Source of the DNA: Octopus sinensis
Lineage: Eukaryota
Assembly: GCF_006345805.1 (NCBI RefSeq)
Contig: NC_043000.1
Coordinates: forward strand, 11,532,001-11,596,000
DNA: 64,000 bases
Direction of reading: 5' to 3'
Part shown: one piece after another, positions 1 to 16,243 of the stretch
Layout: every line of letters starts with the position of its first letter
How positions within the stretch are numbered: position 1 is the first letter of the stretch
The notes under the pieces: model-generated
Told to the model about the DNA's origin: nothing
Database searches by the model: none
Seen by the model: only the letters and a program-made list of their open reading frames with translations
Position numbers and translations under genes: made by a program

Positions 1-592
1 GAAACTATCTTTAACATGTTCTTGAGAATGATTATTTATGCTGTAATCTTTTGTGCCCAATATTTTAAGGAACTTGTTAAACTTTTTATGTCCTTAACAT
101 GTCCTTGTTACCAAAGACTGTATATATGTAATGTAGCATTTTGTAACAACCAATAATTAACACAACCAAACTTCTACATGTTACTTTTGACAATCTTTTT
201 CCAAAAGGTGAAACCGGTAAAGTAAATAAACATCTTTTAAAATTGCATTTTCAAACCTTCTTTAGTATATATATATATAAAGGGGTTTGCATGATTGTGT
301 GTAGAGGGATATATATTATTCAAAGAAATTCCAACTCTGTCTGTTTTTTATGGTTTATTTATATTCTTTATAATATTAATGTAGAATATAGAATATATAG
401 TATAAATAATATATATATAGTAAAATGAAATGAAATATTGATTGTCCTATTGAATAGATGAAATGCTGAATATAAAATATTAGGGGACTAGTATACTTTC
501 TTGCATTAAAGCAGTCATCAAGGTCGCAGGTTGTGACAGGAGTGTTTCAACTGTACATATATATGTCTCGAATTATATTATATATATATATA

Positions 593-658
<66 letters not shown>

Positions 659-660
659 TT

Positions 661-755
661 TATTTTTATTTGAGAACAAATCTTTGTGGAGAATGGCGAT
701 TTGACGTCTATATCTAGCATGTTGACTGTCCACCTTTCGTGTTCAGTCCTTAATT

Positions 756-791
<36 letters not shown>

Positions 792-980
792 AAAATTAAG
801 GGTAAAAATTGATATTAGTCAATTAAAACCAGTGGTCTAGCACATTAAAAAAAACCGAAGATTAAAATATTTATATATACCAATTGAGGACTGAACACGA
901 AAAGGTGGACAGTCAACATGCTAGATATAGACGTCAAATCGCCATTCTCCACAAAGATTTTGTTCTCAAATAAAAATAAA
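661..980. repeat. Inverted repeat pair (~100-bp arms), with a third partial copy at 1171-1243
   Basis: 661-760 (TGGAGAATGGCGATTTGACGTC...CAGTCCTTAATTGG) is the reverse complement of ~877-980. Confidence 0.9.
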
Positions 981-1242
981 ATTCAGCACGACCTAAAGCA
1001 ATGGATAAGACAAAAGAAATATACGAAATGGAATAATCACCTACGTACCGTACAGTTTCAGCTATTAATATCACAAGGATATCTGTAGCTTCGTCAGCGT
1101 AGTTTGTTATGAGCAGAATATGCTGTACTAGATGAAAAACGGTACCGGAGTCCCGCATGCAAAAAGTACGTGGAGAATGGCGATTTGACGTCTATATCTA
1201 GCATGTTGACTGTCCACCTTTTCGTGTTCAGTCCTCAATTGG

Positions 1243-5305
<4,063 letters not shown>

Positions 5306-5356
5306 ATATATATATATATATAAATTAGAAGGTTTGGAGATGATGTACAGGTATTT

Positions 5357-5594
5357 TATATTAGAAGAAATGACGTACTCAGAATTTCTGATGGTTTTAT
5401 ATTTACAGATATTTATTTGTATGGTACATGTTTTTATATAAATCATATATCATATATTAGTGCTTTCGTCCATTAGACTCCACTAGAATGGACGAAAGCG
5501 CTAATATATGATATATGATTTATATAAAAAAAAGGAACATACTAATAAATATCTGTAAATATAAAACCATCCAGATTTCTGAGAACCTCATTTC

Positions 5595-5603
<9 letters not shown>
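5357..5603. repeat. Imperfect ~245-bp palindrome
   Basis: Arms TATATTAGAAGAAATGA...GCTTTCGTCCATT and AATGGACGAAAGCG...TCATTTCTTCTAATATA around a ~12-nt loop at 5475-5486. Confidence 0.9.
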
Positions 5604-5662
<59 letters not shown>

Positions 5663-5939
5663 CATATATGCATATAAACTAAATATTTTGTATATCTCCA
5701 ATTCCATGTTACATGTGTTTCATTAAAGCAAAGGAGTTGCAAAGGTTCACATGTAGAAATAAAAACATGTATAGAATCTCCTATCCGTAATTCTTCAGAC
5801 AAACATTTAAAGATTATAATTTTAACAAAATTTACCCTTCATTTTTTTCTTTTTTTTTTTCAGGTGTGTTCGCCAGTTACGAAGCTTTGGTCATCTCAGT
5901 GATTTTTATGTAGAATGTATATTATTCCAGAAACTATGG

Positions 5940-6028
5940 ATACATACATACATACATACATACATACATAAATACATACATACATACATACATACATACA
6001 TACATACGTATGATAGATAGATAGATAA

Positions 6029-6072
<44 letters not shown>

Positions 6073-6180
6073 ATAAATAGATAGATGGATGGATAAATAG
6101 ATAGATGGATAGATAGATAGACAGAATGATAGATAGATGGATAAATAGATAGATGGTTGGATAAATAGATAGATAGATAA
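5940..6180. repeat. (TACA)n / (TAGA)n microsatellite
   Basis: Direct reading; it abuts the putative LINE 3' end. Confidence 0.95.
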
Positions 6181-6750
6181 GATTCTTTATTGGTCACACA
6201 GGGCTGCACACAGATGGGACAAATTACAAGGTAGAACTTTTCTTTTGGAGGATGAGAAAAAAAAAAGTGGCATAGGTTTTTGATCAAAAGAGATCGTAAA
6301 AGGGAAAAAAGAAAAAAAGAAAAAAAGGAAAAGAAACAAAAGAAAAGAAAAAAGAGGAAAAAAGGGGAAGAGGAAAAACGATCAATAGGGATCGTGTATC
6401 ACAGTGTCATGATGTACGGTGTAAAGGGGGGAGCAGATAAGGTTTATCCGTGGGAAGAAAAGCCTACGAAAAAGACCATGGTAACCTCGATCAATATTGT
6501 TATGTGTTACCACATTTGTTTGCAAGTGGGTAACCCTCTGTTTTCAATTTCTGGGTTCATAGGATTATGCTCAAGGTGGCTTCGTCATTCATACGTGCCA
6601 TCCTTGCTACATTCACCCATCTTTTTTTTAAACATTCACTAGACAAGACTTGCCTCTCTACTCTCACTTTCCTTTTCAAGTGGTACTTGAAGAAGTTGAT
6701 GAGAGATTGACCAGAGAGGAAAGTGTTTGTCTCTAATCCTTTCAGAGATA
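6180..6750 (-). mobile_element. Tx1/L1-clade LINE 3' end (ORF2 C-terminus plus 3' UTR)
   Basis: The minus strand of 6750-6530 reads LKGLETNTFLSGQSLINFFKYHLKRKVRVERQVLSSEC..KRW, resembling L1/Tx1 ORF2 C-termini. It ends in AATAAAGA followed by a (TATC)n tail. Confidence 0.55.
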
Positions 6751-7051
6751 GATAGATAGATGGATGGATAAATAGATAGATGGATAGATAGACAGAAGGA
6801 TAGATAGATGGATAAATAGATAGATAGATAGATAGATAAATAGATAGATGGATGGATAGAATTGATATATATATATATATATATAATAGTTATCGCCATA
6901 CTAATATGGCATTCTTATAAAAATAAGAAAAAAGCTGTCTGCTTATTAGCTCCATGAGGCCATCGCCTTAAGTTAGCTATTTGATACACAAACTGTATCC
7001 ATATAACCTTCGAACAAGGGAGGTCAGTCGCTCCACACTACTTGACCGGCA

Positions 7052-7093
7052 GCTACAGACGCGTTTCGGGGTATTGCCCCTTTTCAATGCAGC
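7052..7093 (-). ncRNA. Minimal type I hammerhead ribozyme, copy 1
   Basis: GCUGCA-UUGAAAA-GGGG caaua CCCC-GAAAC GC GUC-UGUAGC: 6-bp stem I, 4-bp stem II, palindromic stem III and a GUC site. Confidence 0.8.
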
Positions 7094-7413
7094 GTAGCCA
7101 GCCAGTAGGTGTCGCTTCCGGCAATCTCTGTTCGATGGTTTTATTTACCTAGTTTCGGTGGAATACATCCACTTGTTTTCAATAATAGAAATATTAAAAT
7201 TACTAAGTCTCTCTAAAAGAGAACAGCGGCAGCGTTCCCGGAAAATAATAGTTATCGCCATACTAATATGGCATTCTTATAAAAATAAGAAAAAAGCTGT
7301 CCGCTTATTAGCTCCATGAGGCCATCGCCTTAAGTTAGTTATTTGATACACAAACTGTATCCATATAACCTTCGAACAAGGGAGGTCAGTCGCTCCACAC
7401 TACTTGACTGGCA

Positions 7414-7455
7414 GCTACAGACGCGTTTCGGGGTATGGCCCCTTTTCAATGCAGC
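7414..7455 (-). ncRNA. Minimal type I hammerhead ribozyme, copy 2
   Basis: Same fold as copy 1; the single change lies in the stem II loop (CCAUA). Confidence 0.8.
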
Positions 7456-7731
7456 GTAGCCAGCCAGTAGGTGTCGCTTCCGACAATCTCTGTTCGATGG
7501 TTTTATTTACCTAGTTTCGGTGGAATACATCCACTTGTTTTCAATAATAGAAATATTAAAATTACTAAGTCTCTCTAAAAGAGAGACTTAGTAATTTTAA
7601 TATTTCTAAAAGAGAGACTTAGTAATTTTAATATTTCTATTATTGAAAACAAGTGGATGTATTCCACCGAAACTAGGTAAATAAAACCATCGAACAGAGA
7701 TTGTCGGAAGCGACACCTACTGGCTGGCTAC

Positions 7732-7773
7732 GCTGCATTGAAAAGGGGCAATACCCCGAAACGCGTCTGTAGC
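7732..7773 (+). ncRNA. Minimal type I hammerhead ribozyme, copy 3 (inverted unit)
   Basis: GCTGCA TTGAAAA GGGG CAATA CCCC GAAAC GC GTC TGTAGC; predicted cleavage after C7767. Confidence 0.8.
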
Positions 7774-7993
7774 TGCCGGTCAAGTAGTGTGGAGCGACTG
7801 ACCTCCCTTGTTCGAAGGTTATATGGATACAGTTTGTGTATCAAATAGCTAACTTAAGGCGATGGCCTCATGGAGCTAATAAGCGGACAGCTTTTTTCTT
7901 ATTTTTATAAGAATGCCATATTAGTATGGCGATAACTATTATTTTCCGGGAACGCTGCCGCTGTTCTCTTTTAGAGAGACTTAGTAATTTTAA

Positions 7994-8055
<62 letters not shown>

Positions 8056-8069
8056 TACATATATATACG

Positions 8070-8104
<35 letters not shown>

Positions 8105-8427
8105 GCATGTGTATGCGTACATGTATGATCATCATGAAATTTAAAGTTAATTAATTAACAAATTTTCCCTTCATTTTTTTTTTTCAGGAGTGAAAGTGAG
8201 TTTGAAACCCTGGTAGTCTCAGTACATTTAAACTAGAATACATATTAATCCAGAAACGGCATATTCTTAAATACATACATACATACACACAGGGTCTCGG
8301 AAGAGATAGGGTTAATTGAAGGCTACCAAACCTACCATACACAGACAACTTCAGCTTTATATATATAGATTTCACAGTTTATTTTTCACCAGTTTGAATT
8401 GATGTTCAACTTGGTATTAGAAAATAG

Positions 8428-8672
8428 GGCAGCGAGCTGGCAGAAACGGTAGCACGTCGGGCGAAATGCTTAGCGGTAGTAAAGAAATAGGTATTTCATG
8501 TGCCGTTATGTTCTGAGTTCAAATTCCGTCAAGGTCGACTTTGCCTTTCATCCTTTTGGGGGTCGATTAAATAAGTACCAGTTACGCACTGGGGTCGATA
8601 TAACCGACTTAATCCGTTTGTCTGTCCTTGTTTGTCCCCTCTATGTTTAGCCCCTTGTGGGAAATAAAGAAA
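8428..8672 (+). mobile_element. tRNA-derived SINE, family B
   Basis: A-box/B-box-like head (CTGGCAGAAACGGTAGC...TTCTGAGTTCAAATTCC) and a GTCGACTTTGCCTTTCATCC core shared with more than 10 copies in the window. Confidence 0.85.
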
Positions 8673-9202
8673 TAAGAAAATATGTCAGCACTACATCAGT
8701 GTGTGGTTTGCAGCGGTATGGTCTAAACTGCTGTGAAATGACCTGATCTGGATTAAGGGTTAGGATTAGAACTTCGGTTTAAAGTTAGGAATACAGTTTA
8801 GGGTTAGGATTATGGTTAAGATTAGTCTACACGCTGAAGTGTAAATGGCCGGGTGGACCACTTGCTAAGATGGCACTGATATTTCTCTCATTCACCTCTT
8901 TTTCTGTCATATGCTTTGTATGCATTCTGGAACATTCTGTTATACACAGAGACAGGTTCATGCATTTACTTTCCGAATGTAATATTTAAAGAGTGATTAT
9001 TCTTTGTTGTTTTTTTACTGTTGTAATTTTTTTCTCTGTAATTTAGTTATTCTTTCCATTGTTGTTAAATAAAACAATTTTTTGTCTGAGAAAAAAACTC
9101 GTCCGTCATATTTCTAAAACATTTGCTTCTTCTCTATTTCGACGACAACATATAAAATTAATGTCAGATGGCTGATTCCAGTATAAGAAATCTTGCTTTG
9201 AA

Positions 9203-9433
9203 GGCGGCGAGCTGGCAGAAACGTTAGCACGCTGGGCGAAATGCATAGCCGTATTTTGTCTGCCGTTACGTTCTGAGTTCAAATTCCGCCGAGGTCGACT
9301 TTGCCTATCATCCTTTCGGGCTCGATTAAATATGTACCAGTTACGCACTGGGATCGATATAATTGACTTAATCCATTTGTCTGTCCTTGTTTGTCCTCTC
9401 TGTGTTTAGCCCCTTGTGGGTAGTAAAGAAATA
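9203..9433 (+). mobile_element. SINE family B, full length
   Basis: Runs from GGCGGCGAGCTGGCAGAAACG to GTAGTAAAGAAATA. Confidence 0.9.
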
Positions 9434-9644
9434 AAAAATCTTGTTTCGCAACTGACCCAACCAACGATTAAAAGAACTTCTACAATTTTTATACAAAGGT
9501 CTGTGAACTACACAACAATCCACCTCTCAAACAAGAGCTTCCCAACTGCACAATATCTCCTGCTTTGACTTGGAAATGCACTGGTGTTCAGTTCTGTTTC
9601 AATGCTTTTTACAGAGATCTTGTTATGGCAGTATACTATGTTGC

Positions 9645-9935
9645 TTGTTCCTTCTAGAGCCATGCCTGGTTCATAAGGGCCAGTTTCCTGGTTTCATTGG
9701 CGTATAGGTTCCCCACCTGGATGGGACGCCGGTCCGTCGCAGGCAAGCTGCAAGATGCAGGAGGAAAGAGTGAGAGAAAGTTGTGGCGAAAGAGTCAGCA
9801 GAAGTTCGCCATTACCTTCTGCCGGAGCCACGTAGAGCTTAGGTGTTTCACTCATAAACACACACATCGCCCAGTCTGAGATTCGAACCACGATCCCTTG
9901 ACCGTGAGTCCGCTGCTCTAACCACTAGGCCATGT
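9645..9935 (-). mobile_element. SINE family C variant
   Basis: tRNA-like head (GGTTAGAGCAGCGGACTCACGG..GGTTCGAATC) on the minus strand, homologous to 53733-54115 and 45200-45420. Confidence 0.75.
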
Positions 9936-11589
9936 GCCTCCACAGTATACTATGAGTTACAACCAAAAGGTGCCTGATGACGTTCTTTGCCACACAAATA
10001 TTGCTTTAGATCTTGAGATTCATCATCGACACGAACCCCAAATTTGTCCAGAGTATTGTCTTCACCCTCAAAAGGTAGAACAATGCATCCACAAAATTAC
10101 ACATTTTCCTCCATTTTAGCCATCTGCTTATACTGTACTTTCTTTTATAATTTTTCCTTTTTTCTTACACATACCTTTTTCTTTGGTGATTGACTATAAG
10201 TCATTTCTTCTTTTCTTTTCTGCTTCTTGTAATGCTGTTAATGTAGGAATTTTCTAAAATTATCACATGAACTCTGAACCCTTATTGGTTGAAAATGATG
10301 ACTGTACATGATAGGCACTTGACCTACATGTGACTGAACATGAAATGAGGTCAACTGCTGTATATGTTTTCCAAAGGAGTTGTTTTTGTTTTGGAACTAA
10401 TCTTACCATCAAAACTGCTGAGAATCACTCGTACTTGTGAATATTACATTAAATTGAAACAGATTCTGTTCACTGGATACAAAAACTTGTATTTTTGTAG
10501 AATTTCATATCTTCAGTTTTAACTGCTCTGGTACTCCTTTGAACAGGTTTTACTCATGACAACAGCATAAGTTGCAGGGATACATGTACCAGTACACTAA
10601 CATGTACCAATAACACCTATAAAATTATATTCTTCATAATTTCCTGGTGATTCTATTCTAGATAGTTACATTTTTTTTGTAAAATAAACTATGAGTATCT
10701 TGTCTACTTAATTCACATTGGTGGTGATGGTCAAGTCTGGTTAAAATGCAGTTTACCATTTTAAAAAAAGGGAAAGATTGCCTTCACCATGGAAGTGATG
10801 ATGGGCAATTTATTTTCTCTACTAGTTCCACGTTGTTGGCTAACTTTCTTCTTGACAAGCATCCATCGGTCTTTAGTCTATGTATAGATATTCTCATTAT
10901 TAGGTTAAAAAAATTGAGGCAATGGCTGACAACTTCATGAGTATAGAAGCTGGTGTGACACTTATATAGCCCACCCATCAGCTACCAAAAGTATTCCTGG
11001 CTATATTTGATGACTTATATCAGTTAATGTATTTCGGACATACTGTTTGTGAGTTCTTCCTGTCCCTTTTACAAATGTTGATGAATCTCTGCCCTGACTT
11101 TTTTTAGGACAACTCCTTGCACTTTTTATGATGGTAAGCTGCTTCTTAACCTATACATGCATCATCATTGATGCCACATTTTTGCTACTCTGCAAATTGG
11201 TTAATATAGCAGTTGTGATACGAATATATTTTGTTGCACTTGTTTTTCAGTGATCAATAAAAAATACCTTCAAAGTCGTGAGTATATGATACATGACATA
11301 TTTTAATGACTCCTAACATTGCACTTTACAAGAGAAAATGTGTTAAACAAAATAAGTTTGAGGAACAGTAATCATTGATATGGTCAATAATTTAGTTTGG
11401 ACATATGTAAGGCATATTACAATGAACATTGAAATCTAGGGAATCTTTTTATTGGTTTCCTGCACCAGCTTCACATAGAAGCCCCAGCCCATCCAAAGTG
11501 CCTTTGATCGCAGGACGGCCTGCTGTGCTTACCTTGGATCATAGGGCGACCTGCTCTGCTTGAGGAGATCTATTGAGTCAAGTACATCA

Positions 11590-11955
11590 ACATCAAAAAA
11601 GATCAAATGGAAATTGTAGTTGTGACACCTGTGCCGGTGGCACGTAAAATGCACCACCCGTATGTGGCCGATGCCAGCACTGCCTTGACTGGCTTCCGTG
11701 CTGGTGGCATGTAAAAAGCATCAACTGATTGTGGCCGTTGCCAGCCTCCCCTGACACCTGTACCGGTGACACGTAAAAAGCACCCACTATACTCACAGAG
11801 TGGTTGGCATTAGGAAGGGCATCCAGCTGTAGAAACACTGCCACATCAGACTGGAGCCTGGTGCAGCCTCCTGGCTTCCCAGACCCTGGTAGAACCGTCC
11901 AACCCATGCTAGCATGGAAAACGGACGTTAAATGATGATGATGATGATGATGAAT
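11590..11955 (+). mobile_element. Retroposon family D with (GAT)n tail
   Basis: GGCATTAGGAAGGGCATCCAGCTGTAGAAAC...CATGGAAAACGGACGTTAAA(TGA)n, shared with 23184, 32420 and 42031. Confidence 0.8.
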
Positions 11956-12351
11956 CATAACTATGTCAAACAACTCGCATAAATGTTCACATTCAAGTGC
12001 ATGTGCAAACTGGCAAATAATCACACACCTATACAGACACACATTTCCACTCATACATACATAGTCTGTGTTTTATTGCCTAGTAAAAATGTAGAGAGGT
12101 TGTTGATAACCTTTACAAGTAGATCAATCCAGTCTGATGTTGATCTTGAATGTCCGAATGACATCTGCAAAAAGAAACGAGATCTGATGATGTTTGCCGG
12201 AAGATGACGTTTTGTAAAGGTAATGAGTGAAGTTGTTTCTGCTTAGATGTTGGAATGTATTAATTTATAGATATATTTAATCACATTCCAGGAGCTGTGT
12301 TGTTTGGATGCAATTCGATGTAGCAAATACAACAATAATAACACATGCATA

Positions 12352-12570
12352 TTTCTTTTTTGCCCGCAAGGGGCTAAACATAGAGAGGACAAACAAAGGG
12401 ATTAAGTCAATTACATCAACCCCTGTGTGTAACATGTACTTAATTTATCAACCCTGAAAAGATTAAAGGCAAAGTCAACCTCAGTGGAATTTGAACTCAG
12501 AGCGTAAAGACAGACAAAATACCACTAAGTATTTCACCCGGCATGCTAACATTTCTGCCAGCTCGCCACC
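12352..12570 (-). mobile_element. SINE family B, diverged
   Basis: Reverse-complement homology to 9203-9433. Confidence 0.8.
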
Positions 12571-13365
12571 TTCAATAATAATAACACATATACAATATTG
12601 GAGTTGCTTTCATATTGGAAGATTTAGCCAATCATGATGACCTTCAGTATCTGAAAACATAACTTAAAAGAAAACAAATCAAATCAGGTGTACTAATCAT
12701 CATCCAGACTTCATGTTCTTGTGCCCCACACTGCTGACTTTCTCTATGACATCAGAATAACTGTGATCCAGCCAACCATTGTTGCTTGTGGCTGTTTTAC
12801 TTTTCATATTTCTGTCTTTTCGTGTTTTATTCAGTGAACTGTGCATGCACTTTTGGCTTTCATTGCCAAAATATTTTACGGTCTCCCTCTTACATATTTT
12901 TAATGAGTTGTACAGTACCTGAGCGTGGTGTACAATAAGCTATGTTCTGAGTTCAAATTCTTCAAAGGCCTACTTTGCCTTTCATCCTTTTGGAGTTGAT
13001 AATAAGTTCCAGTTGAACATTGTGGGTCGATGTAATCTACTTGTCCCCTCCACCAACACTTCAGAACTTGTGTGCCAATAGTAGAAAGTAAGTTCATCAT
13101 CATCATCATCTGCTTGTCATTCTGTTACTTAGTCTGTCCGTATTGCTTTCATGTGATTAGAGAGGGAGAAAGAAAAGCTGGAGAGAGAAGCATCCATGAC
13201 GTGAGGTAGAAGGAATGTAATTGTAATGCTTTCACATGATTAGTTTGAAGGGAAAGAGAGAACAGAGGGAGAGGGAACCTTCCAAGACATGAGGTAGGAG
13301 GAATGGAATATTATGTGATGAAAATGTTTTGTTGAAGGTAGTGTTGATACATAAGCCTCGATACA

Positions 13366-13570
13366 TTAGCACACCGGGCGAAGTGCTTAGCAGTATTTTG
13401 TCTGCCGCTCTACGTTCTGAGTTCAAATTCCACCGAGGTCGACTTTACCTTTCATCCTTTGGGGTCGATAAATTAAGTACCAGTGACGCCTGGGGTCAAT
13501 GTAATCGACTTAATCTGTTTGTCTGTCCTTGTTTGTCCCTTCTGTGTTTAGCCCCTTGTGGGTAGTAAGA
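13366..13570 (+). mobile_element. SINE family B (a partial copy also lies at 12945-13085)
   Basis: Homology to 9203-9433. Confidence 0.85.
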
Positions 13571-13830
13571 AATAGTTGTGTTAATTCATATAGAAGAGGA
13601 GTTAATGTAAATTTTAGCAAGGAGTGAGGTTAATAGAGAGTGATAGTGGTATGTGTGTAAAGAGGAGAAGTGTTTTTTTAAAAAAATTGAACCAAGTTTC
13701 TTACGTTACTTTCACTAATGCATGTGCATAAGTGGATTTCTATAAATGTTCATGCTTATTTATGTGGCAGAAATATGGGAATGTAACAGAATGTTGTATA
13801 ATATGTACAGCAATATACTTTTTTCTTTGT

Positions 13831-14151
13831 GAAGATTCTGGCTCACTGGTTAGAGTGTCGAGCTTACGATTGTGAGGTGTTGTGGGTTCGAATCCCGGAC
13901 TGGGCTGCATGTTGTGTTCTTGAGCAGACACTTTATTTCACGTTGCTCCAGTCACTCAGCTGTAGAAATGAGTTGCGACGTCACTGGTGCCAAGCTGTAT
14001 CGGCCTTTGCCTTTCCCTTGGATAACATCTGTGGTGTGGAGAGGAGAGGCTGGTATGCATTGGTGACTGCTGGTCTCCATAAACAACCTTGCCCGGACTT
14101 GTGCCTGGGAGGGTAACTTTCCTATGGTCAGTCATGACCAAAGGGGGTCTC
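13831..14151 (+). mobile_element. tRNA-derived SINE family E (CORE-like)
   Basis: Head GGCTCACTGGTTAGAGTGTCG..GGGTTCGAATCCC; body homologous to 34116-34416 in inverted orientation. Confidence 0.8.
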
Positions 14152-14839
14152 AGACTTTTTTTTATGAGAACAATGGAAGAAGAAAAAAATAGTACTTGTT
14201 TGATGAGTGTTCTGTATTAAGTCTATAATAAAGTTGTGCATAATGTATATAAAGTGCATTAAGTAATTATCATATTCCAGTTTTTCGCTTTTCAATGAGA
14301 AGCAGATGAGCAACTATTTTTCCATACAGACACAGCACAGGCTATGGTTTCAGGTTTTTTGGATAAAGGTTTCAGAAAAAAAACCGGTAAGTTTACCATT
14401 AATTCTGTGAAATATTCACATGCCCTGCTAGCTAAAAAAAACTTTTTTTTCCACGAGAGTTCTGAACCCCAGTAATGAACTCATTTGCATACAGCTGATA
14501 TCAGAGCTCATCTTGACCCTCTCAAGTTAACAAACACACTCTACCAAGTAAACTCAAGATGAAGAACGGTATTGTAAGTTGACCGATAGCCAAGTTATGC
14601 CTGATTTTAGAAGGAGACGAGTAATTAGATGGATTTTTATCTATACCTATTATCGGATTTTGTTAGGGCCCCATATGGTAAAGATGTGGATGGAAGAAAA
14701 TGTGGGCATAGGGTGATGTGCTAGCAACCCTCTCTCCTTACTTTTTACAAGTAAACAACAACACAAATAACTATGCTGAGGCAGCCATGGTTGAAACAAG
14801 AACACGAGCATCAGGAAAAAGGAAAAGAACATTCCTTGT

Positions 14840-15270
14840 TTAAGAGGAGTGCTCTATTTTTAACTTCTGCTCCAGATTATATACGGAACGTTAGTCTTAA
14901 TCTCCATTTCTATGGTAGGTTACCAATTTGGCTTTTTCTCGAGCTTTGATATTTTTGTTTTTCTCTTCTTCTAAGGGCGATCATTCGGTAAGGTACCGGA
15001 AGTGGCTTTGTTTACATTTCTGAAGATAACAGAAACCCTTTTCTCTCTCACCCCTAACCCTGACCTCCCCCATATATATAAAAAAAAACACTTTCTTGAA
15101 ATGTATCCCGTACTTTCGGTACCTATACCGAAGTTACGCCTTTCTAAGTCTTTAGATTTTTTTTTCAAAAAAAAAAAAAAAAAAAAGCGTGTTCGTTTTA
15201 ATTCGTACAAGCAATCGCCCGGCGTTGCTCGGGTTTATTTCGACCCTTTAGAATTGGAATTTTTGAAAAG
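14840..15270. repeat. ~430-bp segment duplicated at 16345-16770, with a related piece at 20235-20455
   Basis: Near-identical text: GTGCTCTATTT...GGTACCGGAAGTGG...GCGTGTTCGTTTTAATTCGTACAAGC...GAATTTTTGAAAAG. Confidence 0.9.
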
Positions 15271-16243
15271 CGCTATTGGAAACAATTTTTGTCGGAGGTA
15301 AAGATCATGGACCACACCTACTTTGCGATTTTTTTGTTTTCGTTTTTTTAGGAATACACTATATCGAGGGCGGAGATTCCGAATTGCAAAAAAAAAAAAA
15401 AACAAAATTTACAAACGCCACGCCCATGTAAAATTCTAAATTTTCACTAATAAAAAAAAATTGGGGGGGGGGCGAAATACGTAGAAAAATACGAAGATTA
15501 TGATTCTCAAAAAAAAAAATTCTGTAAAATTTCAAATTTTCAAAAACAAAAAAAATGAAATAAACAACCCCCGTCCTCTCCGCCCTATGACAAGAAATGA
15601 AATTAAAGTGTTTTCTCTACAAACGTTTCATGACGGACATGTGGTTGAGGGTCTTTGGAATTAAGAGATGTATATAAATATTAGATTTTTTTGTACACGC
15701 ACACACAACAAAATGACATTAAACAATTTGCTTTCTCTTTTGGTAATTCGTCCGAAAGTTGATCCTCAGTTTGGCTGTTGTTTCTAGCTTGTCAGATTTC
15801 CGGTTGGGGCGGGTTTAAAATTTTGAAATTTTTTTTCTTTAGTAACTCGTGTTAAGATTTTGAAAACGCGTTTCTAGCTTGTCAGATTTTGTGTTTAGAT
15901 ACTTTTTGCGTCTGCTATTTTATTTATATTCTATGCATGCGTGAAACATTAATAGAGAAAACACTTTAATTGGGGTGTTTATTATTATTATTTTTCTTTT
16001 GAAAAATTTAAATTTTACAAAATTTTTTCTTTCAGAATTATAATCTACATATTTTTTTTTACATATTTCGCCAAAATTCTTCTTTTAAAAAAAGTGAAAA
16101 TTTAGGTGGGTGGGTGGTGTGAAGGGGGTGGATTTAAATTCTGAAATGCAAATTCGGAATCTCCGCCCTCGATATAGTGTGTTCCTGTAAGAATAAAACA
16201 CCAAAAACTCGCGAAGGAGGTGTGGTCCATGATCTTTACCTCC
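15207..16243 (-). mobile_element. Putative non-autonomous Helitron-like element with long internal inverted repeats
   Basis: The minus-strand 3' hairpin CCCGAGCAACGCCGGG (also at 61874) is followed by CTTG. Imperfect inverted arms lie at ~15293-15640 and ~15940-16243. Confidence 0.55.

Larger units (their letters stand above)
6884..8000. repeat. 362-bp tandem repeat with fold-back inversion (retrozyme/PLE pLTR-like)
   Basis: The unit restarts at 6891 and 7253. A hairpin apex lies at ~7578, an inverted copy runs to 8000, and (TA)n flanks both sides. Confidence 0.95.
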
